Part shown: one piece after another, positions 11,512-24,418 of the stretch | How positions within the stretch are numbered: position 1 is the first letter of the stretch | Layout: the number at the start of each line of letters is the position of its first letter | Assembly: GCA_026025795.1 (NCBI GenBank) | Contig: JAPEUG010000007.1 | Span: forward strand, 1-64,000 | Direction: 5' to 3' | Origin: Thelocarpon superellum | Lineage: Eukaryota | DNA length: 64,000 bases | The notes under the pieces: generated by a model | The model's database searches: none | What the model was told of the DNA's origin: nothing | The model's input: only the letters and a program-made list of their open reading frames with translations | Translations under genes and position numbers: made by a program

Positions 11512-14500
11512 CTACACCTTCTGGCCCTCGACAAACTCCAGCGCCTCCTCACGCGGCACGACGTCGATGGAGGACGTCTTCTTGGCGTAGGCAACGCCGT
11601 AGCATTTATCCGCCACCAGGACCATTTCCGGCCGGAAGGTGGTACAGATGAATTGTCCGCCTCCCACTCCTCCTCCTCCTCCTCCTCCTCCTCCTCCACC
11701 ACCACCCTCGCCCGCCTCGCCCGCCTCGGGGTCAGACGACTGCGACTCTGCGATGGAGCGCAGCATGTTGGCCACGGCGGTGCGGTACTGCGCGTCGAGA
11801 TTGGCGTCGATTTCGTCAAAGAGGTAGAAGGGCGCCGGGTCGCACTGCTGGATGGCGAAGACGAGCGCGAGCGCGCACAGGCTCTTCTGCCCGCCGCTGA
11901 GCTGCTGGATGCGTTGTTGCTCGTCGTGCTTGCTGTTGAAGGACACGCTGATGCCCACCCCCGTGTAGTTCTCCACGCTCTCTTCGTCCGAGTTTGCGTC
12001 GTCGGAGGAGGACGGGTTCGCGCTCGCGCTCGCGCTCGCGGCCGCGTTACCACCCGTGGGTCGGTCCGCCTTGCGCTGGATCACGAGTCGGCCTCGTCCC
12101 GCTGGCACCAGCTTCTCGAAGATGCTCGCGAATTCCCGCGACACTTGCTTGAAGGTGCGTTCGATCGCTTCGTCCTTGCGCTGGTCCAGCACCTCGATCA
12201 GCTCTTCGATGGAGGATTGCGACGAGTCGAGCTCCGCTCGTCGCTTCGTGAGCGTCTCCCGCTGCTTCGTGAAGTTGCTGTATTGCTCGAATGCCTTCTT
12301 GTTCACGTGGCTGTACTTCTTCAGGCTGTCGTTGACCTTGTGTAGCCGCTTGACAATCTGGCGCCTTCCGTCAGTCGACGTGGACAACGTGGGATCCGAA
12401 CGTTCCTTACCGTGTTGGAAGGCATCTTCTCAAACTTGTCAAAGGCTTCCTCGGGCAGGACGCCCAGGTCGCGAATGTTCCGGCTGCACTCCGCCGCCTT
12501 CTCCGCCAGTAGCGCCTTTTTAGCCATGCTCTTCTCCATCCGCTTCTGGTGTCGCTCGATCGACCGCGAGATGTCTTCTTGCTGGCGTTGCTTCTCCCCC
12601 TTTCGCTGCTCCAGCGCATGCAAGCGCTCGCCACTCTGGTCCACCGCGCCGTCGACCTCGCGTAGCTTCTTCTCCACCGTCGCCATCGCCTCTCCGATCC
12701 GTCGCAGCTCGCGTTGGCTCTCCTTGAGGTTTGACCCGCTCCCGCTCTCCAGGTTCTCCATCTCTTGCGCTTTCAATTGATCCAGGCGTGGACGGAAGTT
12801 CTCGCGCAGCTCCACTTCAATCACCGACTTGCGCGCCTCCAGCTCGCTCCGACCCGTGCTCAGGGCCGAGACCTGCTTGCGAAGCGCCTGCGTCGACGAG
12901 TTCAGGTCCTCCAACTGCTGTTCCTCGTCCTTGCTGAGCGCCTTGTTGAACTCTGACGCCAGCTCGGTCTCGAAGGCGCTCAGCTGCTCGCCCAAGAGCT
13001 TGAGGCTCGCCTCCACGTGCTCTCGCGATCGCGTCTTGCCCGCCAGCTGATCTTGCTGCTGTTCGAGGAGCGCCGTCTTCGTCCGCAACTCCACCCGCAG
13101 CGGTCCGTAGCTGCCCTCCAGCTGCTGGCGCTTCTGGTCGAGCTTCTGCAGCTCACCCACGGCGCGAGTGATTTCTTGGTCCTTTCGCTCCACCTCGCGT
13201 CGCACGTCGACGGCTCGATTCTTTTGGGCGTCGAACTCCTCCCGCCATTTGGACAGGTGCTTGACCGCCTCCAGACGGGACTTGCGCGGGTCATGGTACC
13301 CGCCCGTCAACGCTCCCTTGTTGTCCGACCGGTCTCCCTCGGGCGTGATGGCGTCCACACCATGGCTCCGGGCGTACTGCGCCGCGATCTGCAGATTGGG
13401 GCAGATGATGGTCTTGCCAAAGACCTGCTCAAAGGCATTGCGGTACGCGGGATCAAACTTGATCTTGTCCATCATCGGGATGGCATCCCCCGACCGAGGC
13501 ACGTTGGCCGGCCGAGGCTTCAACCGGTTGAGGGGCATGAACGTCAGTCGTCCGGCCTTTTCCTTTTGAAGGATCTCGAGGATCTTCGTTGCCGTCTCGT
13601 CATTATCCACGACGTAGTGAAACAGGCTCGTGCCCGCCGTCACCTCCACCGCCGTCCGATATCGCTCGTTGACCTCTAGGAGCTCGGCGAGAGTGCCGTA
13701 GGCCCCCGTCAGACGGTGTTGGCGAACGATGCGTCGCACGGCAGCCAAGCCACGGCTCGTGTTCTGGTCCATGGTGTGTGATAGACTCCGTTCCGCTCGG
13801 TCCAGCTCCTGTCGCGCATTCTCCACGATGGAGTCCAGCTTCGCTTCCTCTCGCCACAGCTCTCTGCACACTTCTCAGCACTGCTCCTCACGAGTACGTC
13901 TACGCATCTACTCACTTCCGCTGATCCATGAGCCGATCACGCTCCTCCCGAGCCTTTTGTACCTCGGTTGCCATGTTCTGCATGCTGTCGCCCCGTCCGT
14001 CGAACTTGCTCCGCAGGTCGGTCAGCTCGGCCTGGGTCCGCTGGATCGCCTTCTCCAACTCGCCCAGCTCCTCGCTCGTCTGGATGCGGATGGCCTTGCG
14101 CGTCGCCAATGCGACGTTGGCCTCTTCGACCTCCTTCTTCAACCACGCATCTCGCTCCTTTTGGCTCTTGAATCGGGCATTCCTCCCCTGCTTGGCGTAC
14201 AGTCGTTGCTGGACTGCTTCTGCCTCGTCGAGCTGCATCTTGACCGCCGTCTCCTGGTCTCGCTGGGCGGTGAAGACGGGAAGGATGTTGCCCAGCTCGG
14301 CCTCGCGCCCGCGAATGGCCTGTTGGACCTCGTGCATTTCTCGATCGTGACGCGTGCGAGCTTGCTGGGCCTGCGACTGGCCATCGCTGAGGGCCTTGAC
14401 CTCCAACTCGATCTTGGCTCTGGTCCGAGCGGTCTCGCGTCGCTCCTCCTCGAGCTGGTGCTTATCCACCTTGAGCAGATCCAGCTGCTGCTTAAGCTCG

Positions 14501-15396
14501 TTGATTTCCGCGTCGACGGCTTCAATCTCTTGTTCGCCCGCGATCAACCGCTCTCGCCCGTCGTCCGTCTCGTCGACGCCGGTCTGGCGCTGCTCGTCGA
14601 TGCTGTCGAGCGCGTTGACAATCTCGACCTGTTCGCGGTGGTAGATGGTGTACTCGAGACAGCGCCGCTCGCGGTCCTCTTCCTGGTAGTTCCGTAGCTC
14701 TTCCTTTTCCTCTTCCAGCTCACCCAGACGTTCTCGGATGTAGTCAAGCAGCTCGTCAATCTTGGCTCGTTTGTTGTCCGTCTCTGTCATGATCTTCAGA
14801 CTCTCCTGCCGTCGCGCCTCGTAGACCTGGGTGCCGGCCACTTCCTTCAGCAAATTCAGCCGCTCGGCGTCCTTCATGTTGGTCAGGGTCGTGACACGAC
14901 CCTGCGGCACAATGTAGTAGGGGTTGGAGCGCGAGAAGCCGGCCGACTCCAACAGGTTCATGACGTCGGCCTTCGTCGCGTTCTTCCGGTCGAGGGAGTA
15001 CTCATCCTTCTTCAAGCCAATGGTGCGGCGGAGGATGAGCTCGTCTTTGCCGGTGGGAAAGCGGTCATCGGTGTTGTCGAAGATGATCTCGACGTAGGCG
15101 GACACGACCGCATTGCCCGAGCCCTCGTGCAAGAGCGCCTGACGCTCTTCACGACCCATCTGGGTGTAGGCATCGCTGAGGACGAAGCGGATGGCGGCGA
15201 AGAAGTTGCTCTTGCCCGATCCATTGCGCCCGACGATGACGTTGTGCTTGGGCGAGAAGGGCTCGATGACGGTCTGCTCCTTGTAGCTATGACGCGCCGG
15301 CGGTCAATCTCAGGTCATTGCGCACGCGCCAGGCGGCTGAGGACCGCATCCGTCTCACCTTTTGAAGCCTTGGATGATGATCTGCTTGATGTACAT
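11512..15396 (-). CDS. SMC3: Cohesin subunit SMC3 (SudA/Psm3), about 1235 aa
   Basis: N-terminus [15 protein letters not shown], Walker [10 protein letters not shown], hinge motifs ([17 protein letters not shown]), signature LSGGQKS, Walker [13 protein letters not shown] and TTFRPE. Introns 15287-15358, 13864-13915 and 12358-12410. Confidence 0.97.
11668..11706. repeat. (TCC)10(ACC)3 trinucleotide microsatellite encoding a poly-Gly insertion in SMC3
   Basis: Read directly from the sequence; translates as a run of 13 Gly on the minus strand. Confidence 0.9.
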
Positions 15397-15821
15397 CTTG
15401 GCGACGGGGGCGGTCAGTGCTGGGCGCCGTCAAGCCGATGACGGGTGCTGATGCGATAGCTCTGTTCGGGGTTTATCCTCGTCCCTTCATCTAGAAGGGC
15501 CTCGATGATACCATTGATCGTATGATCGTATGTTCGTGTTGGCGGAGACGGGATGCATCAACGACTCCACAGCACATGGGGCGCGTTAAGTGGGACGCGT
15601 TCCGGCGCCGTGGCTCAACCCAAGATGGTAATTTGGGGCTCGGCAAGTTCCGACGACGACGGCCAACCTGCAAGGCTAACGCCGACGCCCCATGCCGCAC
15701 GTCAGACTCGAAGATGAATGTGCAGTGCGGGAGCCCTCCGACGTCTCGAGTCTACTTCAACTTGGAGGTCGCCCAGGTCCCAGAAAATATCGCCACACTC
15801 TTTCTTCAACTTTTCTGCAAC

Positions 15822-15867
15822 TTTTCTTCGATTGTCTTCGATTTTCTTCGATTTTCTTCGATTTTCT
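15822..15867. repeat. 10-bp tandem repeat (ATTTTCTTCG) x about 4.5, just upstream of the RIO1 start
   Basis: ttttcttcg attgtcttcg attttcttcg attttcttcg attttct read directly. Confidence 0.8.
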
Positions 15868-15886
15868 ATGGATCGGTCACGTCAAG

Positions 15887-17649
15887 ATGACAGACCCACT
15901 CGACGAGCAGTCGTCCTACGAATATGCAGCAGCCCACGAGCGACCGTACACATTTGTGCCCCACCAAGGATATACACCGACAACGGCCGAGAAGGAGATC
16001 CGTCCCGACGGTGACCAAGAGGACGTCGACTCGGACTGGCCGTCGGACGAAGAGGACGAGCTGGATGACATCGACTGGAGCGCCTCGACCTCCAACATCA
16101 CCCAGACCTACAACCGACAGAAAAATGCACAGGGAGCGGCGGGCGTGCCCATGTCCAAAGGCAACGCCCAACGCAAGCCGACCGCTAATACCGCGGCCCG
16201 GGTGGATGACCAGTTGAACGCACTGGCGCAACATGCATCGAAGATCAAACTGCACGACGCCCAGGCTGGACTGGCGTCACGACAGGATCGCACCCCCGAC
16301 AAGGACAAGAGTGATCGAGCGACCAGCGAGCAAGTGCTCGACCCCCGGACCCGCATGATCCTCCTCCAGATGATCAACCGCGGGGTCATCGACGAGGTTA
16401 ATGGCTGTCTGTCCACCGGCAAGGAGGCAAATGTCTACCACGCCCGGAGCGGCGGCGCCGGTGGGGTGCCGTTGCATCGCGCCATCAAGATCTACAAGAC
16501 GTCCATCTTGGTCTTCAAGGACCGCGATAAGTACGTCACGGGCGAGTACCGCTTTCGGCAGGGATACAACAAGAAGAACAACCGCGCCATGGTCAAGGTC
16601 TGGGCGGAGAAAGAGATGCGCAACCTGAAGCGTCTCTGGACGGCCGGTATCCCATGTCCCGAGCCGCTCTATCTGCGTCTGCACGTCCTGGTCATGGGCT
16701 TCCTGGGCGATGCCAAGGGCTGGCCCGCCCCACGCTTGCACGAGGTGACGTTCGATGGCAGCGACGCTGAAGTCGAGCGGCGATGGTCGGGGCTGTACCG
16801 GCAGCTGCTCGGCTACATGCGGATCATGTATCAGACGTGCCGGCTGGTCCACGCCGATCTCAGCGAATACAACCTTCTCTTCCGCCACGGCCAGTTGTAT
16901 GTCATCGACGTCAGCCAGAGCGTCGAGCACGATCACCCACGCAGTCTGGATTTCCTGCGCATGGACGTCAAGAACATCTCCGACTTCTTCCAACGCAAGG
17001 GCGTCGACACGCTGACGGAACAGACGGTATTTGGCTTCGTCACAGCACCAGAAGGTCCGGTGGATGAGCCGGGCATGCCTCACGCCCTCGAGACGCTCTA
17101 CCAGACGCGCCCGGACACGGGCGACGGCGACGATGCCATGGCGCAGGGCGAGGTGGACCAGGAGGTCTTCCGCCAGCAGTATATCCCGCAGACCTTGGAG
17201 CAAGTCTACGACATCGAGCGGGACGCGGAAAAGATCGGGAGAGGGGAAGGTGCCAACCTCGTCTATCGCGATCTACTTGCCGCTCCCACCGCGACCCGCC
17301 ACGCCGCGGATATGATACAAGACGAGAAGGTAGAAAAGGTAGAGGCCGATGATGCCAGCGAGAGAAACAGCCAGCGGTCCTCCCGGAGCGCCGACGAGCA
17401 AGCCGGCGAGGACGGCCTCTTTGACCCGAAACCACCCCGCGGGAAACGCTTCGAGGACAAAGAGGCAAAGCGGGTATGTGCCCCCAGGACCCGCGCCTAC
17501 CCCCCCCAACCCCGACCGTGGCTAATCTAGGGATCGGCCAGGAACACAAAAAGCAGGTCAAGGAGGACAAGCGCGAGTCGCGCAAGACCAAGATGCCCAA
17601 GCACGTCAAGAAGAAGCTGGTGAGCGCATCGGCACGGCATAAAGGATGA
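15887..17649 (+). CDS. RIO1: RIO1 atypical Ser/Thr kinase (SudD), about 564 aa
   Basis: Motifs STGKEANVY, AIKIYKT, WAEKEMRNL, LVHADLSEYNLL and IDVSQSVE. Intron 17474-17541 gives the basic C-terminal tail (KMPKHVKKKLV). The ORF-track start at 15692 is probably too long; ATG 15887 is preferred. Confidence 0.95.
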
Positions 17650-18027
17650 TGAGGGCTGGTGCAGTGGAAGGGATGAGGCGGGCTATGATTGTGACGAGCA
17701 CATATCACATAGGCGCCGGCGCCGGCGCACGTACCGACGAACTTTTCTCGCCGTCTCCCGCAAGGTATGCATCGAGGAATCTGCAACGTGTTCGTCACGG
17801 GAACAGTCCGGATCGGGTCTGCTCGGATGATGAAGCCTCGACTCCGCCTCACCCGCGGCAGCTGCGTTCCTCCATGCGAGCAACCTCTGCGAGTGTGCGC
17901 TGAGGTTGGAGATGGAGAAGCCCATGCATGGGCCTGCTGCTGAATAAAGAGAGCGCTGACGAGCCGCCCCGACCTGGCTTGAGCGTGTCCCATCGGCCAT
18001 ATTCCCCACATACTAATACCCCCTCCG

Positions 18028-19600
18028 TCAGCCTCGCCCCTCGATCCGACGCACCGCCTGCTCGATGGTTTTGCGGGGAAGGTTTGGGATGCTGGCCGTT
18101 TCGCTCCCGGCGGGGACAACGTCGAAACGTAGAGGCGGATGGACCAAGCCCGGCCAGATGTCAGCGGGAAGGTAGATGCCATGGTCCTCTTTGAACGCGT
18201 CTCGCTCCGCCGCGTCGTCTGTCCAGAATCAGTCCCCGTCTCCAGCCTGCTGTGGAGCCCCGCGTACCTTCAAATAATCGGTCCACTTTGCCTATCGCGT
18301 CGTTGACGATGGCTTCCATCTTCATCTGCACGCTCCGTCGCCGACCGACCTCGACGATCAGACCGTCGTAGGCGTTGAGGAAGTTGCTGTAGAAGTCACC
18401 CAGGCTGGCCAGTTCGCCCATCTGTTGCTCGATGCTCCGCTTCTCCTCGTCCCATCGGTGGCGAAAGTCTTCGCTGGCGCGCACGTAGCCGGGTAAGCGT
18501 GCTCCGACGTCCTCGAGCAGGTGGAAAGCCGCCACACAATGATCGTAGCCGTGATGGAGCTGGTCGACGTGCGCCGTGACCGCCTCTGCCTGCGCTTCCA
18601 TCTCCGTGAGCCGGTCCCGGATCTCCATGACCACATCTTCCAGCTCCTCGGCATCCTTCTCGAGCACGCGGAGCATCTCGGCGCGCTCGGAGCGGCTCAT
18701 GGGCTCCGGAGGCGCCGCGTGGGCAGACCGATGCACATCCAGCTCCACGGGCATGTCGCCGGTGATATTCTGTGCCGCCGCGCCGCCGCCCTCGATGTGC
18801 TTGATTGCGCTCACGCAGAAATCAAAGTGACGGACCAAGGATTCGAGACCCGTCGCCATCTCGGTCGCATGGCTTTCCAGCGCGTGCAGGAGGGACGGCA
18901 CGGGGGACGGCACGCCTTCATTCAGGGACGCCATCGTGGGTGACGTTTCCAGCATCGTCTGGACAGCGTCAAGGTCCTTCTGAAAGACAGCACCGGCGTC
19001 GTTGAAGGCTTGTTGTGCATCCTGCGTCTGATCGATCGCAGTCCGGACGACGGCTTTGACATTCTCCACGCCTTCGTCATCGACGAAATCGAACAACGTC
19101 CGGCGGTCCTCGTCCGGTGGCCGGAAGGCCGACTCGACCACCGTCTCTCGTAGCTGGTTCAAGGTGCGTTGGAGACGTGCGTCGGCGGCGTCCAGCTCAC
19201 GAAGGAGCAGCTACATCCAATCGCCATCAGCCCCGCCGATCCCGTCATCGAAGAAGCGGGGTCTTACTTCAAATTCGCCATGTGCCTGCTTACCGACATG
19301 GTCGACCCCGTGCTTCACCCGCTGAAGCACCTTGAATTGTTCAACCAACGCCCGCCGCACGAAGCCCGTGCGCGCGCCGAGCTCAACCCCGCCTTGAAGC
19401 GCGGCCCGGGCGGTGGTGACGAGCTCATTCGCGCGCCAGACGTGCTCGGTGGAGGTCAGGGATCGCTTGGATGCGAGGAGGTATTCAATGATCTGCTCCA
19501 GTGAGATCTCTGTCTGGCCGCCGTCATCATCGTCATGGATGTGGCCGGATGTGCTGACAGCACGTGTGTCCACGCCGGCCTTAGGCGTCGAGGGCGCCAT
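18028..19600 (-). CDS. ATG17: Autophagy scaffold Atg17, about 488 aa
   Basis: LLASKRSLTS..VWRANELV, TLFDFVDDEGVE, LESLVRHFD, YDGLIVEVGRRR and GIYLPADIWPGL. Introns 19211-19267 and 18219-18267 keep the frame. Confidence 0.9.
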
Positions 19601-20277
19601 GACTCAGTGGGGCACCGTGATGAGGGGCGATGATCCCATCGTGACTGGTTCCGATGGCTCTCATAGACGACCGGTCCAGGGGGGCTCTCGACCCCGATAA
19701 AGACTACTCAGACAGAAAGCACCCGGTCACTTGTGGCAGCTGCCGCCCTCTGTCGACGTCGGACGCTTGAAATCGTGCGAATCCGAATCTTACACTATCC
19801 AGCCGGGGCCGATCAGCTGTGGTACTTCGTACCACGGAATCGTAGCACGTCGGTGCTAAGGCTCGTAGCTTAGGGAGCTTCGGGTTCTCCTGCTCCTCCC
19901 CACGCATGGGCGAAGCGCTACCTCTCGCCTGAGGTAGTCAGGTGATACGGCAGCATGCATTTGTGCGTCATCTCACTTTACCTCCGCGTGCGCTCGGGCT
20001 TCGGCGGGACGGAGTTGCGGGACTAGTCAGTTCGCTTCCCGTAGGCTGTAGCTACAACGCGGCATCCTGACAGGATGGGCAATGCGCACGCCATCGGGCC
20101 CGCTTCGCCCGTCATCAGTCCAGCGAGTGCGATATCGCAAGCCTCCGTCCACCCGGTTGTGAGTGACCGCCTCGCTCGTCAGCGCCACTGCCGGACCGAC
20201 CACACCCACCGTACCTGATCATCCGCTCCCCTGCGACATGATGTCGTCAGGTTGTGAAAATGGTTAAATGAGCAGCC

Positions 20278-22464
20278 ATGGCGCTCACGACGGCCGACCG
20301 GCTCCTACACGTCCCCTCCCCCCCGCCTCCCATCGGACCGGATCTCATGGGATTCGACGCGACGGCCGATGTTCCGGAGTACCAGGCCCCGACCTCGCCG
20401 CTGCTGGCTTCATCACGGCGAGCGGGGGGCAGTGTGGCACCCTTCCTGGCTCGACATATCCCACAGCAGTATGCGCCCGTCGGTGCCCAGGCGACCCAGA
20501 ATGGCCCCACGAATGGGGCGAACGGCGCTGGAGAGTCCAACAGTCGCTACTGCTACCGTCACCGACCCGACCTCAAATGCAAACGCGCGGCCGACGAGCC
20601 CTCGATGGAGCAGCTACAGCAGGAGCTCGAGACGCTGTCGCAGGCCGACCAAGAGGCCATCTCCGTCGTCTGGTCGCTCTTCTCCGCCGCGCCGTCGGAG
20701 CATCGACGGCTCATGTTGCGCGGCATCCTCACCCAATGCTGCTTCCCCCAGCTCTCCTTCATCTCCGCCTCGGTGCGCGAACTGATCCGCATCGACTTCC
20801 TCACCGCCCTCCCGGCCGAGGTGTCCTTTAAGATCTTGTGCTTCTTGGACACCGCCTCCCTCTGCAAAGCTGCGCAGGTCAGCCGACGCTGGCGCCTCCT
20901 GGCGGATGACGACGTGGTCTGGCATCGCATGTGTGAGCAGCACATCCACCGCAAATGCACCAAATGCGGTTGGGGTCTGCCGCTGCTGGAGCGAAAGCGT
21001 CTGCGCGCCTCCAAACGCCAGATCCAGCTCCGCGCTACCGGTCGTGGCCTGAACGCCTGGTCGCCCGACATCAGCCCGTCGCCCGAAGCCGTCGGCTCGT
21101 CCGCGCCTGAGGGCCGTTCTCCCCAGCTTAACGGGCTCGTTTCGGTCCCTGACGCGCGCGTTGGAAAGACGCATGGCAAGCGGGCAGCCGACGACGAGGC
21201 CGCCTGCGATGATCCCAACGTCGCCTCGTCAAAGCGCCCTCGGACCCAGTCCGCGCCGCCGGGCGACGTGCCGCCGAACACTACGCCCCGCTTTCGCCCG
21301 TGGAAGGATGTGTACAAAGACCGGTTCAAGGTCGGCACGAACTGGAAATACGGCCGTCACTCGACCCGTATCTTCCGAGGGCACAGCAACGGCGTCATGT
21401 GTCTCCAATTCGACGACAACATCCTCGCCACCGGCTCGTATGACGCCACGATCAAGATCTGGAACCTCGACACGGGCGAGGAGCTGCGCACGCTCCGCGG
21501 GCATGCCTCCGGCATCCGCACGCTGCAGTTTGACGACACGAAATTGATTAGCGGGAGCCTCGACCACAGCGTCAAGGTGTGGAACTGGCGCACGGGCGAG
21601 TGCATCTCGACCTACACCGGACACAGCGAAGGGGTGTTGAGCGTGCACTTTGATGGCAGCATCCTGGCCTCCGGGTCGATGGACCACGCCATCAAGATCT
21701 GGAACTTTGACGACAAGTCGACCTTCCTGCTCCGCGGCCACGGCGACTGGGTCAACGCCGTCAAGGTTGACGCCGCCTCGCGCACCGTCTTCTCCGCGTC
21801 GGATGACTGTACCGTGCGCCTCTGGGACCTCGACACCAAGTCCTGCCTACGCGTCTTCGAGGGCCATGTCGGGCACGTGCAGCAAGTGCTGCCACTCCCG
21901 CCCGAATTCGAATTCGAGGTGGATGCACGCGGTCGCGACGTGCACGCGAGCGAGGACGATGGGTCCAGCATCGCCAGCGGGTCGGAGCAATCGGCCACCG
22001 CCACCGCCACTGCCACTGCAGCGACCTCGCCCGTCCAATCGTGGGACGAGGGCTTCGACCAAAACCGCCGGCTTCCCCCCCGCTACATGCTCACCTGCGC
22101 GCTGGACTCCACGATCCGCTTATGGGACGTGGCCAGCGGACGATGCCTCCGTACCTTCTTCGGGCACGTCGAAGGTGTCTGGGCCTTGGCCGCCGACACC
22201 CTCCGCGTCGTGTCGGCGGCACAGGACCGCATGGTCAAGGTGTGGGACGCACGTACCGGACGATGCGAGCGCACCTTTGGCGGCCACACCGGCGCCGTGA
22301 CCTGCATCGGCCTGAGCGACTCGCGCATGTGTACCGGCGGGGAGGATTGCGAGGTCCGGCTCTACAGCTTCAAATCCGAGCAGCTAGAGCAGCCAGGGCA
22401 GCCAGGGCAGCCACAGCAGCCGGAGCAGCCAGATTTCGCACTGGGCGAGCATGCGGGTCTTTGA
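20278..22464 (+). CDS. sconB: Sulfur metabolite repression control F-box/WD40 protein (SconB/Scon-2/Met30), 728 aa
   Basis: YCYRHRPD motif, F-box [20 protein letters not shown]...[31 protein letters not shown], and multiple GH...WD repeats. No introns. Confidence 0.95.
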   Translation: MALTTADRLLHVPSPPPPIGPDLMGFDATADVPEYQAPTSPLLASSRRAGGSVAPFLARHIPQQYAPVGAQATQNGPTNGANGAGESNSRYCYRHRPDLKCKRAADEPSMEQLQQELETLSQADQEAISVVWSLFSAAPSEHRRLMLRGILTQCCFPQLSFISASVRELIRIDFLTALPAEVSFKILCFLDTASLCKAAQVSRRWRLLADDDVVWHRMCEQHIHRKCTKCGWGLPLLERKRLRASKRQIQLRATGRGLNAWSPDISPSPEAVGSSAPEGRSPQLNGLVSVPDARVGKTHGKRAADDEAACDDPNVASSKRPRTQSAPPGDVPPNTTPRFRPWKDVYKDRFKVGTNWKYGRHSTRIFRGHSNGVMCLQFDDNILATGSYDATIKIWNLDTGEELRTLRGHASGIRTLQFDDTKLISGSLDHSVKVWNWRTGECISTYTGHSEGVLSVHFDGSILASGSMDHAIKIWNFDDKSTFLLRGHGDWVNAVKVDAASRTVFSASDDCTVRLWDLDTKSCLRVFEGHVGHVQQVLPLPPEFEFEVDARGRDVHASEDDGSSIASGSEQSATATATATAATSPVQSWDEGFDQNRRLPPRYMLTCALDSTIRLWDVASGRCLRTFFGHVEGVWALAADTLRVVSAAQDRMVKVWDARTGRCERTFGGHTGAVTCIGLSDSRMCTGGEDCEVRLYSFKSEQLEQPGQPGQPQQPEQPDFALGEHAGL

Positions 22465-22868
22465 TTGTCACGCCAGTGCATCCGGATGGTCGAGTTCTAG
22501 GAATTTGTCACTTGCAAGTTAGCGGGTTCAGCGGGATGGGAAGGCGGTCAATCGTAACATACTCAGGCATCGCTCGCTACGGTGACCAAAATGGAGCCGG
22601 GTCAGGCGAATCCTTCGTATCGTTTCTCGGCGTCTCCACAAGCACGTAACGTTGCTCCTGACGTAAAGTCGGCTCGCACCTACCGGAAGAGCGATTAGTC
22701 ACGGGCCCAACGAATCAGCATGGAGTTATGTTGAAGCCCGAGCAATGCAGCCCGGGCGTAGGGAATTGTGTCTCGCGTCCGTTGACAGCGAGACCAACGG
22801 CCATCCTGCACACCTTCGTCCGACGCACCTAACGGTGGGCATGAGTCAGGCGTGCACTGTCGTGTCCT

Positions 22869-22926
22869 GTGATTTACTGGAATAGGTAATCCGTCGAGTG
22901 ATTTACTGGGATAAGTCCTCCGTCGA
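22869..22926. repeat. 29-bp tandem duplication (2 copies, 4 mismatches)
   Basis: gtgatttactggaataggtaatccgtcga versus gtgatttactgggataagtcctccgtcga. Confidence 0.75.
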
Positions 22927-24418
22927 GTACATCGTCCAAAACGGGGGGCCACGTGGGTAGACCGCTCGTCGATTGGCCTTCCGCTGGAAAGGATGTCTTG
23001 ACCGGCGGCTGGGCGGCGGGCAGATCCAGAACCCAGATCTGACAAATAACTGGGTGGCTCGAGCATAACTTCGCGTCACAATCCTAACACACCTTCCCGT
23101 GCACACCTCACGGTCCGAGCTCGTCACGTGACTAAGATGTTTCGCGAGGGACGGTAGAAAGGAGGCCGCCCTCCCCGCTACGATTCGAGCCGTCCACGGG
23201 TTGGCACGTATGCAAGATCTTGCGAGCATCATACGCTGTCGCATAGATCGGTCACACGCTCAAGGCGGCGATGCAGGGTGCAAGATTCTCGATTCAAGGG
23301 ATGCTCGCCCATGAATCGGGCATTAAAAAAGCTCCAACCTCAGCCACAATCATTCGCGCTAGAGACATGAACCTCGGGTATTCATCGCTCGTGGTGGTCA
23401 AGAATCGCCAACGCATGGATCGAGGCGAAACGGGGATGGATGATTATCTCCTGATCAGGAAAGTCCAGCCGCACGCCGCAATCCCTCTTATGCTTCACAT
23501 TACTTTGTGTATGCCCGTTCAGGTATCTGCCAGAGTTACGGTGTTGTGCCTGATGACACTCAAACTTCGTCCCACATCAGACCGGCTTTGCTTGGTCAAG
23601 TTCACGGCGACTGGTTCACCGGAGGCGCTGCCATTGCTTAGCGGGTAGCGTTCTCATTCGCCAGAACACCCGGTCAATTGACGAGCACATCAGAATCCGT
23701 AATGCAAAGGCCGTGTGAGCTCCGAGTAGTCCCATCTTGCATACCCTTCATGAGGATTCAGGGGATAAAGATAGCATCTGAGGTTGAATGAAGGAATAGA
23801 TGGGGTTCCCGCGCATCCATTTCCAAGGCCATCCCCAAGACAAGCTAGGACGCCAGGACGCCAGGACGCCACGAGTTGCCGAGTCGCGCGGTATTTTGAG
23901 TTTCCGACGGTAATTCCGAAAGTCAATAATCACGACGCTCGACGACGGAGTTTCCAAGACAAGGAACCGCGTGAGCCTCGGCTCGCTCTCGACGGTAGGG
24001 CCTGCGACGACGGGCATCAGAGCATGCAGCAATCGTCTTGTGCTAGACCCCGGATATGAATCGGCGCGCCAAGGAGGGCCAGCGGGGTCTTTGATTGGCC
24101 GTGGGGTGTCCGGTCATCATGGCTTTCATGACTTCAATGCGTCATTTCACAGGCCCGTGGCCTTCTGTTTGTGGTCAAATGCAAACCATGCCTTAAGGGA
24201 TTGTGAAGTGGCCGTGCCCGGTGGCCCGGCGCAGTCGATGATGGTCCATGCTCCTGGGTGAGAACGTTGGCAGAGCTAGAATCACGCCGACCCACGCTGG
24301 ATGCAGCTCGACGACTTGGCGACTATAAGATGGAGCCCTATCGACAACAAGGACCGGTCCAGATGACTTGCCCATTCCCATCCACCACTCTATTCGTTTC
24401 CCGAGCTTGCCCGCCACA

